NCBI GenBank assembly: GCA_009602725.1
Contig: WELB01000014.1
Location: 515,999 to 561,960, forward strand
Direction: 5' to 3'
Length of the DNA: 45,962 nucleotides
Source: Spirogloea muscicola
Lineage: Eukaryota
Shown here: piece by piece, positions 20,805 to 33,200 of the stretch
Position numbering within the stretch: the first letter of the stretch is position 1
Layout: each line of letters opens with the position of its first letter
The notes under the pieces: model-generated
The model's input: the letters and a program-made list of their open reading frames with translations, nothing else
What the model was told of the DNA's origin: nothing
Database searches by the model: none
Made by a program: the position numbers and the translations under genes

Positions 20805-20926
20805 AAAGGGCTCGCCCATTGAGGATAGGGGCTGGACAAGCCAGCCCAAAAAAGAATGAACAAAGAACGAGAAGGGGGCCAGAGGAAGCCAGAGGAAGCG
20901 CTAAGAAACCAAAAAAGCACACAAAG
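20805..20926 (-). mobile_element. 5'-truncated lineage-A 3' UTR copy (about 120 bp)
   Basis: Homologous to 16531-16625 and 43240-43282. Flanked by ACAAATAAAAG (20794-20804) and ACAAAGAAAAG (20921-20931), i.e. at least an AAAAG TSD with microhomology. Confidence 0.88.
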
Positions 20927-21234
20927 AAAAGCCTTCTTCATCTTGGAAGACATAAAGTGTAATCTAACTTGCACATTCTCTCAATTCATAGATGCATTAT
21001 AAAGACTGTGTTATTTGACGTGCACGTGCACTTGCAGAAGTGCACTTGCTGATAATTGATCAGTGGCTGTTAGCGCGAACCGGGTATCCGAAATCACCTG
21101 GGGGAGCCACCCCCCTCCCCGCGCCCCGCTCCCGGCTGTATGCCGACCTCTGCCTCAAAACGACACCCTCCCTCCTTTCAAGGAAACGCGTTCCTTCGAC
21201 AAATCCTCGGCCCTCTCACCACGCTCACTGCCAG

Positions 21235-21275
<41 letters not shown>
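21235..21275. repeat. (GCC)n microsatellite upstream of HOS15
   Basis: About 13 GCC units. Confidence 0.95.
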
Positions 21276-21674
21276 GCGGCGGGAGGTCCTGGAAGAGCAC
21301 CTGCCACGTGCAAACAGCCGGCGGTAACCAAGGCAGGCAGGGCAAGCGGCAGCGGCCCGCGGCTCGAGGCCCGTGCGCCAGGTGCGCGGCAGACGGGCGC
21401 AAGCGCGGCCGAGCCTTGGCGTCTTTGGCGGCGGCGACGGCAAAGAAGAAGGCTGAAGCCTTCTGGACCAGAAGGCTGAGAGGCCTGAAGCGAGCCCAGG
21501 CGCTCCGAGGCCGCTGAGACAGAACCTGCAGGAGGTTGCCGTGGCCGGCGTTGCGGCAGCGAGGCAGCGGCACTGGGGAGCCGACGTGCGGTGGCGGCGG
21601 CAGCGGCGCATGAGCCCGAGCCGGCCCGGCAGCGGGCGCGCCGGCTGCCGCGCGCCGCCTGCCAAGGGGGGCCT

Positions 21675-21830
21675 GAAACTTGAACTGGAATTCTAGATGA
21701 AACCTACCTAGACCTACCTAGACCTGGATCCGAACCAGCACCTTGACCTTAAGCCTGAAGCCTGAACCCTAGACCTTACCTAGTTTAAAATCTAGACCAT
21801 TACCTACAGAAGCCTCGACTACTACCCTTA
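21675..21830 (+). repeat. Degenerate telomere-like (AACCCT/AGACCT) low-complexity tract just upstream of the HOS15 ATG
   Basis: GAAACCTACCTAGACCTACCTAGACCT...GAACCCTAGACCTTACCTAG. Confidence 0.6.
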
Positions 21831-21922
21831 TTCTGATTCATTCCTCCATCTAGGGTCCACTCTCCAAACCTCATAAGGCTCAGAACAAGTGAGCCGAGGC
21901 GAAGCAGCCGTGGCATGCTGCC

Positions 21923-24900
21923 ATGACGACCATCACGTCCGACGAGCTCAACTTCCTCATCTTCCGCTACCTGCAGGAGTCGGGTGAGCCTGCTGCGGCT
22001 GCGGTGTTCGCCACGTCCATTGCCGTCAGTCTGAAGGTGCTGCGATGGCTGCCTACGCGCTCCTTCTCTTTTGCTGCCTTCTGATGGTGGACGGCAAAGT
22101 GCCGCTGCACAGGCTTCACGCACGCAGCCTTCACGCTGGGCTACGAGGCCTGCCTCACCAAGAACTCCATCAATGGCAACGACGTGCCGCCCGGCGCGCT
22201 CGTCTCCTTCATCCAGAAGGGCATGCAGTACCTAGAGCTTGAGGCCAACCTCAGCGACGTGAGTCGACGACCTGCTCATGGCCTCGCCACCCACTCCGCC
22301 TTCGACGGACCATTGCGCTCGTTGTTCACCAGACGACTTAATTTCACGGCGTCAGTGAAATTGCAACAGTCCGCAAGCTGACGCGCCTGCGCTGGCCGGG
22401 GCGTCTCCAGAACGGCACGGAGGTGGACGGGGACTTCTCGCTGCTGCAGCCAATGGACCTGCTGACCAAGGACATCACGGATCTGAGGCAAACCATCAAG
22501 GAGCGGCGCGAGCGGCTGGAGCGGGACCGTGAGCGGGAGAAGGAGCGGGAGAAGGAGCGGGAGCGGGAGCGGGAGCGCGAGCGGGAGCGGGAGCGGGAGA
22601 GGGAGCGGGAGCGGGAGAAGGAGCGGGAGAAGGTGGAGCGGGAGAAGGAGCGGGAGCGGGAGCGGGACCGGGAGCGGCAGGAGCGCGAGCGGGAGCTGCG
22701 GGACCGGGAGCGGCAGGAGCGCGAGAAGGAGCGCGAGCGGGACAGGGACCGGGAGCGCGAGAAGCTCGAGCGCCTAGAGCGCGACCGAGACCGCGACGAC
22801 AAGGTCCCCAAGGTCGAGGTGCAGGAGAGCAACGGAGGTAAGCTGCTCACTCGAGTTGCCGGCTCATTGCAAGCAGCCCCTTGAGTGCCAACTAATTGAA
22901 TTCCCTTCTGATATCTGTCAGTACAGTTTTTCTGCTGCGGTGAGCTTCTACAGCGACACAATATGAAGGTTTGCAATGGGGCCTTACTGGATTTGGCGTG
23001 CAGGACCAGAGCCGATGGACGAAGACCCAGTTGTCATCCCCGCTGAGATTTCGCCTCACGACGTGACAATACTGGAAGGGCACACATCGGAGGTCTGTTC
23101 TCACAGGACTTGGCCCTCCAGTCCTTCTTGTTTGCTGCAATTCTTCCTTTCAGCTGAGAAGTGCCAAGCTACGGAATGCTATTGTGTATTGGGAACTGCA
23201 CGCTTATACTACTCTGACCTGCAAAGTGTTCCGTGTACATTGTAAATTGCAAGGATAATGAGAGCACGCAACATGATAAGACAGAAGACTAGCTGAAGGC
23301 TTGTGCTGACCATTCCAACTCAGTTACCTGCAGGGTTTAATGACTCTGTCAACATCAGGAATGCATGACCGAGCTGAGCTGCTGACGAGCATGACCTCTA
23401 AGCTGTTATCTGACATTCTCCACTGTACAGGTCTTCATCTGCGCCTGGAGCCCCACGGGGTCCCTTTTAGCTTCCGGGTGAGCCGTTTGAACACAGGCAG
23501 GCACTACTAGTCCCTTTAGCTGCAAATTGCATTACAGAGCCTGCCTCATTTTTATATGTCAGGCTGCATGGTAATTCCAGCAATTCCAGCTTTTACTGTA
23601 AGGGCTCAGGATGTGAGGCTTAGAGAGTACGAGAGCACTTGACTGGATGTTGTGAAAATTAGATGGCAAGTGACTGGTTGTCAATGATCAAGCAAGCGTG
23701 ATGCACCTGTATCCTGACTTAGACAACAGCACTTGTACTCAGGTCTGGCGACTCCACAGCAAGGATTTGGTCCCTCCCAGACGGGCCATCAGGACCTGCT
23801 GCTCAAGCCAGTGCCCGCGCAGTGGTGTTGAAGCACTTGAAGGGAAAGACAAACGAGAAGAGCAAGGACGTCACCACACTTGACTGGAACGTAGGGATCA
23901 ACACTGTCCATCTCGCATGCCATCGTCCATCATGCCCGTAGACCTCCATCCTGGCTTTTCGCAGACTACATCGTGGCTTGTGGATGCTCTAGGTCCTGCT
24001 GTGTGCAACGGTTGAGCTTGACTTACCTGTAATTTCTGCCATTAGGGTGATGGATCGTTGATGGCTACGGGCTCCTATGATGGCCAAGCGCGGGTCTGGA
24101 GTAAAGACGGTGGGTATGCTTCCTGCAGCGCTGCTCATGGCTGGCGTCACTCAGCATGCTGCTTGCATGCCTCGATTTCCACAGCCTTCTTCTATGGTGT
24201 CGTATTGCAAGCAAATATGAAGACCTCGCGATACTCCTTTATGTTGAACGGTCTTGCTGGCACATCTTCAGAGACTCACAGATATGTCCTGCCATGTGTG
24301 GTCAGGGGAGCTGAAGAACACGCTAAACAAGCACAAAGGCCCCATCTTCTCCTTGAAGTGGAACAAGAAAGCCGATTGCCTTCTCAGCGGCAGTGTAGAC
24401 AAGACTGCCATCATCTGGGATGCAAAGACTGGCGAAGTGAAGCAGCAATTTGAGTTCCACACAGGTAAGTTGGACTGGGAGCATGCAACATGATGTTGCA
24501 GACTGATGGAAAGAAGTGATCATTCCTGCTTTGAACCTGCTTCAGCAGGTTGAGCAGATACAATACACTTTGAAGCCCAGAAAATCCGTGTTGGGCGCAT
24601 GTGTTGACGAGATTCTCTGCTGAAGCAGCGCCTACCTTGGACGTGGATTGGAGAAACAATACGAGTTTTGCAACGTCCTCCACAGACAAAATGATATATG
24701 TCTGCAAGCTTGGAGAGACCCGGCCTGTCAAGGCTTTCGCTGGCCACCAGGTCTGCCAGCCCGGCTACTTTTTCTTGTGGTGTGTGCTTCAGCAGATGCC
24801 TCTTTTAGTTGCACACCCAGATCCGCTATATGTGAAAGTTCGTCATTTCCCTCGACAGGACGAAGTCAACGCCATAAAATGGGATCCTACCGGCACTTTA

Positions 24901-26142
24901 CTTGCTTCTTGCTCAGACGATCACACCGCAAAGGTGAGCGTGCTCGTCCAAGTTGTGTTGCTGTGCCTTTTTGACAGCGAAGTCATTTGTCTCTTTTGAC
25001 AGTGTCTTGTGTATATAACTTAATTGTAGTCTGGTCGCAATTCTCCTGGGGACTGCACACTGCCGCATCATCATCAGCCGCAGTCATCTTTCTTCTACTG
25101 CCAAAAATTGCATGTCTTCTGAACATTGCTGTCTAAGTGGAGAGCTAGACCCTGAACGGCCCCTGTCTGAAGGGCTCCAATCTGCTGTTGGGTTCTGTAG
25201 ATTTGGAGCTTAAAGCAGGATAAGTGCTTACACGATTTTAAGGAGCATCAGAAGGTGAGAGACGTCCCCTTTTGTCTTTAACCTTGCTTCTTGTTGGAGG
25301 ATGTGGTAAGTAATTTGATGGTGTCTGAACTTGCCTTTCCGGTCCAAGATCGCAAGCAGCACCTTATATGTTCTGCAATGCTGTTGTGTTGCCATTGTTG
25401 TCAAGCAGGAGATATATACAATAAAGTGGAGTCCTGGAGGGCCTGGCACTAGTAACCCCAACCAGCAGCTTGTTTTGGCAAGGTACAAGTTTCCCCAATG
25501 ATGTTCCTGATGAATCAAGCACCTGTGGACTGCTTCATAAGTTGCAGCCGAGGATCAGGCGACTGCAAAACCAGTGGCTAGGCTGGAAGATATGGCTATT
25601 AAAAGTGAGGCGTGCTGACCATACTGAAACCTTGTCATCCATCTTGGCTCTCGAGCAGCGCATCCTTTGATGCGACCATCAAGCTATGGGAGGTGGAGCA
25701 GGGCACAAGGCTCTACAGCCTCACCAAGCACACGTGAGTGTCTAGCCTTCCTGGGCTGCTCATAGCTGAGCCCCCATCATTTTTTATTCACTTTCAACTT
25801 GTTGGCTGAAGTACATTGCTCCTAACTGTCTGTAGTTGGTCATAAAGAGGGTAAGATTAGCTCAATCTGCCTGCTGTCGTCCATGCTTTCTTATCTGACT
25901 GTGCTTACGGCCGTCTTTGCAGAGAGCCGGTCTACTCTGTGGCCTTCAGCCCCAACGGAGAGCTGCTGGCGAGCGGATCCTTCGACTGCTGCCTTCACAT
26001 TTGGTCCGTCAAGGATGGTTCACTCATCCGGACCTACAGAGGCAGCAGTGGCATTTTCGAGGTCTGCTGGAATGGCGATGGAGACAAGGTGGCTGCCTGC
26101 TTCTCCAACAACACTGTCTGCGTCCTCGACTTTAGAATGTGA
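21923..26142 (+). CDS. HOS15: LisH-WD40 corepressor subunit HOS15/TBL1 (14 exons)
   Basis: [138 protein letters not shown]. Confidence 0.97.
22501..22800 (+). repeat. GAGCGG-based coding repeat (Glu-Arg dipeptide tract in HOS15)
   Basis: [10 protein letters not shown]... in exon 3. Confidence 0.9.
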
Positions 26143-26917
26143 TGACCAAGTAGCCATTTGCTGCTGTGTCTGCACCTGAAAGTGCAATCCGTAGCCGATT
26201 AGATAGGTGCTGGCCAGACGTTGCCAGACGTGGTGATGTTTGTGGGCAGTCGAGTTTACCACATGATGGCTCGTCACCTGACACAAGATTCACGCTCTCA
26301 TCAACATGCCATCCTATTGTGGAACTGCAAGCTAGTCGTCAAATTCTACCAAGCCCTGAATTTGTGCATTCTAAATTGGAAACCACTAAGCGCTGTCGAT
26401 AACGTACAGCAGTTGCACATGCTTGGCAAAGGTGGGCCTGCCTATTGTGCTTACCTAGAACTCACAAGCTTCACCAGCTTGCTTGTATCGAGCACATGGG
26501 AATGTTCTGCTCTCTGTCAACAGTTTATATGATGCCTCTAACGACCTTGCCACCTGGATGCAGTATTCTGCATCAATACATCATATGCTGTCATTTTAAT
26601 ATACTGTGTGCAGGCTGGTGCAACAGTAGCAGCAAGCTGTACATAGAGCCAAGATTTTTACTACGAAAAGCAAGGCTGCCAATTTGTCTATGTGTGTAAG
26701 CAATAAGATTTGTGGGGGGGCACAAGAAAACAGCCTGTTCCAAAGCTGTTGCTGGATAGTATGATATATAGCTACATGGCTGCTGTAAGGGTCGCACCTG
26801 TGGCATGACAAGGTGGCAGCGCCAAAGCGTGCTGCCTGCCAATCTTCGCAGAGGTGGCTGCTTTGTGCTTGTGACTATGCTCCACGAGACCGGTGATCAA
26901 GCACTGCCTTGTTGTCC

Positions 26918-29059
26918 TCATGCAGCTTGCTCCGTGCATAGGCTGGTAGCCTGCTCGCTATACTCCCAGAGTCTCTTGGCCAGCCCGTCATCATGGGACA
27001 TGGCCGACGACGAAGCCCCGTTCTCATTGCAGTCCGTGAAGTACTTGCTGCTGACGCCCGCAAGTGTCGGGCTCGTCGCAACATAGCACGTTGTGGCTGC
27101 ACCCTGGCAGTCAGCAGCCCAAAGCACGAACCCTCATTCTCATTGCAGGCACGGAAGTACATGCCGCTGATGCCCGCAAGTGACGTGCTCACTACCATGT
27201 AGCCCATTGTGGCTGACCCCTGGCAGTCAGCAGCAAGTAGCACAAGAGTGGAGGGATTGTAACAGTCCTGTCATGCTGCACTGCCTCTTGCTGCCTGAGC
27301 CAAGCGAAGTTGTCTGCAAACCTGGGGTATGGACTTGAGTAGGAACTGGAACGGCAGCTTGAAAATTGCTGCAGCAGGCACAAACAGTCAACATTTAGTT
27401 GGGTGCTCGCTCAACTATCCCATACAAGCAGCCAGGACAGGAGACAGGCTCCGTACTGCAGGAGCAAAGAGGGGGCGGGCGTTCATTGTAGTAGGGGATC
27501 AGAAGTAATAATCTCTTTTGCGGTAGTCTCCTATCTTCTAGGATGGTAAAGAGTATGTAATTAGCACTCAACTTCTACAGTAAGGGCATAGGAAAGAAGC
27601 AGAGAGGGTCGGCCTGTGTCACCGCTGGCCCAGGCTGGCCCCAAATGGCGCTGGAGCTTCGTGGAGATGGACCCCGGGCAGAGCACATTCACCGTCACAT
27701 TTGTCACACCATCCGACTGCAGCAACAGCTAAGACAGTATAAAGCAATGCGAGCAGCTCCTTTGCATGCGGTGAGCGAGAGATGGAGGTAAGAGAGATAG
27801 ATGCGCACCTGTCGGGAGGCGCCGCCCCTGACCTGGAGCCGCCGCGCGTGCAGGATGTTGGCCAACTTCGACTGGCCGTATGCCCATGTCCGCAAATACC
27901 TGGGAGGCAGAATAGATGCTCGCTAGATTAGGCGCTTGAAGGTCATGGAGGGCAACGGGACGATGAGCTAGCGGGCCGGCACTCACCTCCTCTTGTCATT
28001 AATATTGTCAAAGTCGATGCCACCCTTGACCGGAAAGAGCTTGTGCGCCATCGAGGCGACGACCACGACGCGCGACTCCGCGCCGCTGGCGTCCGCGCTC
28101 GCCTTGAGCATCGGCAGGAGCAGGCTGGTGAGCAGGAAGTGGCCTGGCCGCCGCCGCCGCCGCCGCCGCCATTGCGAGGACTGTCACCGAGGGCCGCTGT
28201 CAGCTGAGGGCCGGCACGGCCAGCCCACAAGGCAGGGACCCACAAGGCGCCCACAAACGGCCGGCAAGCTGGACGCGCCTGCCATGGCCCGCGCAGCGCT
28301 GCACACCCAGGTGGTTGGTGGCAAACTGCAGCTCGTGGCCGTCAGCGGTGAGCTCGAAGGGGCACGCCATGACGCCGGCATTGTTGCTGCAGGGGCAGCC
28401 GCAGAGGGAAGAGAGGCGGCGAGGGACGAGGTGGGGTGAGCGCGACTGGACTCGAACCCCTGGGCTCCAGAGAGAAGATGAGGAAGACTCTTCCAGATGT
28501 CACCAGTCCAAGCCTTTGGCGCGGCCTCCGCGTAGCTGAGTCCAGGGGTTTGGTAGACAGGTATGGAGGTCTAGGCTCAGGGTAGGGTTTATGGTCAAGG
28601 GTGTGTTTAGGTTTGGGTGGACAGTTGTGGAGGTCTAGGGTTCGAGTAGGGTTTATGGTGAAGGGTTTGTGTAGGATTTGGGAACTGGGGTTTTGTGGGC
28701 GGCGCAAGCGGGCGGTTTTAGCGAGAGCCCATCAGAGGCCCGCGCCAGCAGCGGCAGCGGCAAAGGCAGCCGCGGCGGAGGGCGGCGGCGGACATGAGGA
28801 TGTGGAGCGGCAGGCCCGAGGCCCGGAACGCCGCCGCGAAGGCGCGCACGGACGCCAGCGACGCCAGGTCCAGCTCCCGCGCCTCCACCTGCGCCGCCGC
28901 CGCGGCCTCTCAGGCTTCCGCTCCAAGGCTCAGGGGTTTGGGGTTCATAATTAAGGGTAGGGTCTCGCGGCGGTGGCGGCGGCNCGCCTCCTCGGCGGTC
29001 GACCCGGGCCCGAGGCCGCTGGCGCCTCGCCGCGCAGTCACGTACGCTGCGAAGCCCAT
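26918..29059 (-). CDS. Short-chain dehydrogenase/reductase, TIC32/retinol-dehydrogenase-like; nucleotide-binding exon(s) not present in the assembly
   Basis: [142 protein letters not shown]. Confidence 0.9.
27011..27244 (-). repeat. 116-bp tandem duplication of the last splice acceptor plus exon start of the SDR gene
   Basis: [31 protein letters not shown] versus [31 protein letters not shown], each preceded by GCTGCTGACTGCCAG. Confidence 0.92.
28540..28700 (-). repeat. Intronic degenerate telomere-like tract containing a 64-bp tandem duplication
   Basis: GGAGGTCTAGG...GTAGGGTTTATGGT.AAGGGT.TGT.TAGG units start at 28565 and 28629. Confidence 0.8.
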
Positions 29060-29120
29060 TGCGGCGGCCCTTCACCCCAAAACCAAACCCTTAAAATCAT
29101 ACCCTAAAATCAAGGCGTAG

Positions 29121-29125
29121 GCGGA

Positions 29126-29164
<39 letters not shown>

Positions 29165-29165
29165 A
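29121..29165. repeat. (GGC)n microsatellite upstream of the SDR gene
   Basis: About 14 GGC units. Confidence 0.95.
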
Positions 29166-30231
29166 GGGGCGCGTTCCACGGGCTAGCGGCTGCGAGCTCT
29201 GTCACGTCGGAGCTCCCCGAGTGCCCGGCAGGCCGAGCGATTGTCCGACGTGGGAAAGGGCCGGCGGGTGTGAAACGGCCTGCGGGCCGGCCGGGAGCCC
29301 AAACCCCGCGGCGGAGCTCGCTTGGCCGCCATGCCATGGCGGCGCCGGAAGCAAGTCCCTTCCAGTAGAGGGCGAAGGCTGTCATAGGCCAGCCCAGATA
29401 AATGAATGACTGCCAAACGCTGCCGGCCAGAGCCAGGCGGCGCGATCTGCTGCGTTGCGGCGGGCGCAGGTTGAGGTGGGACTCTGACTCCTTCGCTGCC
29501 GCCGAAGTCCAGCTGCTAGCAGTAGGAAGACAGAGAAGGCTCGCGGTGCGCGTGATATGAAAGTGAGCCCAATATAAACGAATACACTGTTCAGGCGGGA
29601 GCTAGTGCAAGAAGTGGTTTGGAATCCATATCTATGCTAGCAGAAACAGCAGAAGAAGAAGCAGCTTCCTAAGGGCAGCGAGGGCCTGCGCTCAATAGAA
29701 ACGGATCTTTTAAGTAAGGCTATGGCTGTGAGAAAGGAAGTGTGAGAGGCCAGCGTAAAAGAAGTGACCATGGTATGAGCACTACGAAGAAGGAGCTGTT
29801 CAAGAGGAGGCGGCGCTCTGGAAGGCCAGGTCAGAAGGTTGCCATGATGGGGTCCAGTATGAAGGAAGTCCAGCAGGACAAGCCCAAGCGTTTCAGTTCC
29901 AGGCGTGCGCCACGGTGGCCATACCATGTTGCGGCACACGAGCCCTCTCTGAGCTCAGGGTCTGAGAGCGAGGCGGACGACCACACCCCACGTTGATTTG
30001 CTGCTGGGGCTGCTGCACCCAGCTGAGAGCTCACTCCTCTGTGCTGCAGGAAACTATCCCCAGGTGGCTCTGGCACAGCCTGCGAGAGACTGACCAGTTC
30101 TTTTACCACCCGTCTGGCGGCAAAGCTAAAAGCGCCATCACCATGAGGACGCGAGCAATAGAAGTATGGCACCTGGTGCTCAGAATCATTGCCTGCGGTG
30201 AATATGTACGTGCCTTCACTGCGAAATCTGC

Positions 30232-33200
30232 TCAGGTAACAAGCTGTGGGGAGGGCTTTGGAGGTGTGAAAGCTCCAGATGCCAACAGCAGGTTGCGCCT
30301 TGTGAACTGCAGCAGAGAGTTGACTGGTCAGATGGCCATTCCGAGCATTTGCCTGCGCAGGTCTGTCCAGCTAGCTCAAGCACCAGCCACTCTTTTCTGT
30401 GGTATGTGCACTGAGTGCGACAGATTAGGGGCTGCTTTCAGACTACTGCAGAATCTGAACTTTCACCTGCAGCGCGTACACCGGTGTAGACTTGGTCGGC
30501 AAAGTCTTCACCAGCCGCAACCTCCTGTTAGCTGCAGCATTCCCCCTGCACCATGTTGACATGCATTGTCACTCAGTGCCAAGAGGGAAGATTACCAGTA
30601 CAAGTGCCATGTATTGCAGGTCCAGTGAGTCATATTTGCTGAAGCGCGTACTTATACCAAAAATTCATACCAAAAGTTCAGAACATTGTCTGCCAGCTAA
30701 AGTCTGGTTCACAGTGTCATACTTCTCGGTCAACCGTGGGGCTTTTGTGCTGCCACTGACGTCCCATAGCCGCACAGTGTTATCTGCAGATCCAGAAGCT
30801 AGGAGCGACCCCTCCCCGCTGCAAGAAGTTCCACGCCAAATGAATACGGCACACAGTGTGCAAGGCCATGCACTCTGCATGTCGGCAGACCTGCAGGCGT
30901 AGCTTCCAGCTGCTGAGCAGTAAAGCGCTATCGTACCTGAAAGCGAGGCTCCAGACGCAGGCAGTATGGCCGAGGAGCGGCGTGACCCGCCGGCCAGACC
31001 CCAAGTCCCACACCATGATTGCGCCGTCCTCATCGCCGGAAGCCATGAACCTGCGCCGCCATCTCAAACAGCCCTCAGACTGCTGAAGGGAAGTGTGTGT
31101 AAGACGTATGCACCCTATGGACTACCTCTTCTGGTGCTTCTTACTGTGATTAATAATTCAATTCTGAGGCCAAATTACCTGCCATCTGGGGACATTGCCA
31201 AGGACAGCACAGAGCCTCTGTGCCCGGCAAAGATGCGCATGCACTCCCCGGACTGGACATCCCACAAGCGAACCGTCTTGTCGCTTGAGCCTGTGGCGAT
31301 GTAGTTGCAGTTCACGTGCCACCTAACACACTTCCAGAAGACGCACCTACTCCAATATTACCTCTCTTCAACCGCAGTCTTCGACTACAGCGTCAACAGC
31401 CCACTGAACTTGATCGATACAATAACGTCATCAGAATGTTGATGCATGAGTGAAAATGTAGATGGACGAGAAAGCAGCACATGCTTGCCTCACAATTGTT
31501 GGTCACACATATCTCTATCACATTGTGAAATATCGAGACAATAAAAGACATCATTCAGCCTGAGCCTCACATCCACATCAGACAGATGCCCGGCCATGAT
31601 GCGCAGTGGCTGACTCCGTTCCATGGACCAAAGGCGGGCCGTGCGGTCATGGGAGGCAGACGCAAAGTACAAGCCAACGGGGCTGAACTGTTGCAGTGCA
31701 ACACAGAGTGATGAGTGCCAGGGTTCCTGCGTTGTGCCCTCAATCGGTAGGGAGTAGGTATGTGATTACTCCTGGCAAAGAAATTCTCACCTGTACATCC
31801 CAGACAGGATAGTTGTGGCCCTTGTATGATGCCAGGTTCGTATTCAACTCCATGCTCCATAACCGCACTGCAGATCAGCAAGTCACAAGAAAGTGGCGCT
31901 GAGAAGCAGCACCAGAAAAAGGACTGCAAGTGCACTGGAGCTGCAGCACTAAGCCGGACCTCGAGTATCTACGGACCCACTATACATAGTACAAATAGCA
32001 AGCAGCTTTGAAGCGAAGGACATTGCGTGGACTTTGCTTCCTATCTTGCTTGATGCACCTTCCTCCAAGATAGCTCCAGGATAGCCGCCATCCAGGATCG
32101 ATGTGCAGGATGGCATAGGTGGGCATCTACAGGTCACCTGTGCAATCCGCCGAGGAAGATAGGAGATAGCTGGAATCTAGGCTGAAGCAGGTCGCATAGA
32201 CAGGTCCGGAGTGGCCCTGAAGCAGGGTATATCCTCTCGCCTTGCTGCCCTTCTGGATAGCCTCGCCGGCAGTAGCAGGAGCAGGCGGGGCGGCAGTGGT
32301 TTTCCTGCTTCTGTCATCTGCACAAGCAGACATCTAAGCATTCAAGCTAAGCTAATAAATATGATCATAGTTCTTTGTCGGCAACCTGCATGCCTGCTTC
32401 AACAAATCGAAATGCCTCCTCTGATGCAAGCTGACGGCCAACTTGTCTGGGGCGGAGGATGACAAACAAAAGTGTACCAGGGGAAGCCAACAGCTTATCG
32501 CTCGCCCCCCCACTCCTTGCCATACTCCAGACCTGTATATGATAATGATGCAGCCCATATCACAAGCTGTCATAAAGTCCAATACATTCTGGATCCACTA
32601 ATTTGAAAATATCTACGTATACAGACTGAGTACTTTGCAAGGTGTGTATGATGAAGATCCCAGGTTGATGCACGCAAGTACATCAGCGAACGGTAGAGAA
32701 GTCGTGCAATACGGCTATGCTCTGAAGTCAATGTTAACATGCTCAACAATACTTTCCTACAGTGTGTACCTTGATGGAAGCATCCGAAAATCCACCGGCC
32801 ACAAGAGCACCATCCTGTGTTAAGCCCACGCAATTGAGCCTGGACAGTGATGAGGCAAATCGCGAAGTCAAAAGACCTTGCTCTGTCAGAAAGTCACTGG
32901 CTCAAAACGGTTCCTGACAAGCTTGAAGTGCTGAAACGTCCATCACAAGATGGTCGTTGTACCCGTGATTCGTGTTGACAAATGTGTAGAAGCAAACAGA
33001 CGGCAGCCCTGCGGCGCTCAGCCTGATACGGCGGCGAAGATCGTCAAGCAAAGCCTTCTCCACTTCCTCCTTCCTGCAGGATAGCCACGCACCCGGCTTC
33101 AAGGCCAAACCTATGCATAACGACTGGGTCCCTTGACCCTTACATCAGCCGCTGGCTTCATTGCAAAAGCTCCACAATCAATCAAAGCATAAGTGCAGGT

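Noticed and set aside
16395..20860. Apparent terminal inverted repeats around the element (16395-16450 versus 20806-20860)
   Set aside because: These are two separate 3'-end insertions in opposite orientation, each with its own TSD. No transposase is present.
20805..20926. Direct repeat of the 3' UTR upstream of the full-length element, suggesting LTRs or Penelope-like pseudo-LTRs
   Set aside because: It lies outside the CCCCGTG and GAGAA target duplications, has its own flanking duplication and differs in sequence from the element's 3' UTR. It is an independent truncated insertion.
22344..22976. Antisense RS-rich ORF resembling an SR protein
   Set aside because: It is the reverse complement of the HOS15 Glu-Arg repeat.
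4409..26142. HOS1 and HOS15 close together as a stress-gene cluster
   Set aside because: The names come from one mutant screen and the proteins are unrelated. Nothing in the sequence indicates co-regulation.
32480..32535. Possible GC donor after VWSMARSGG in TAF5
   Set aside because: The phase does not fit. A downstream GT donor after ASDKLLASP fits the next exon.
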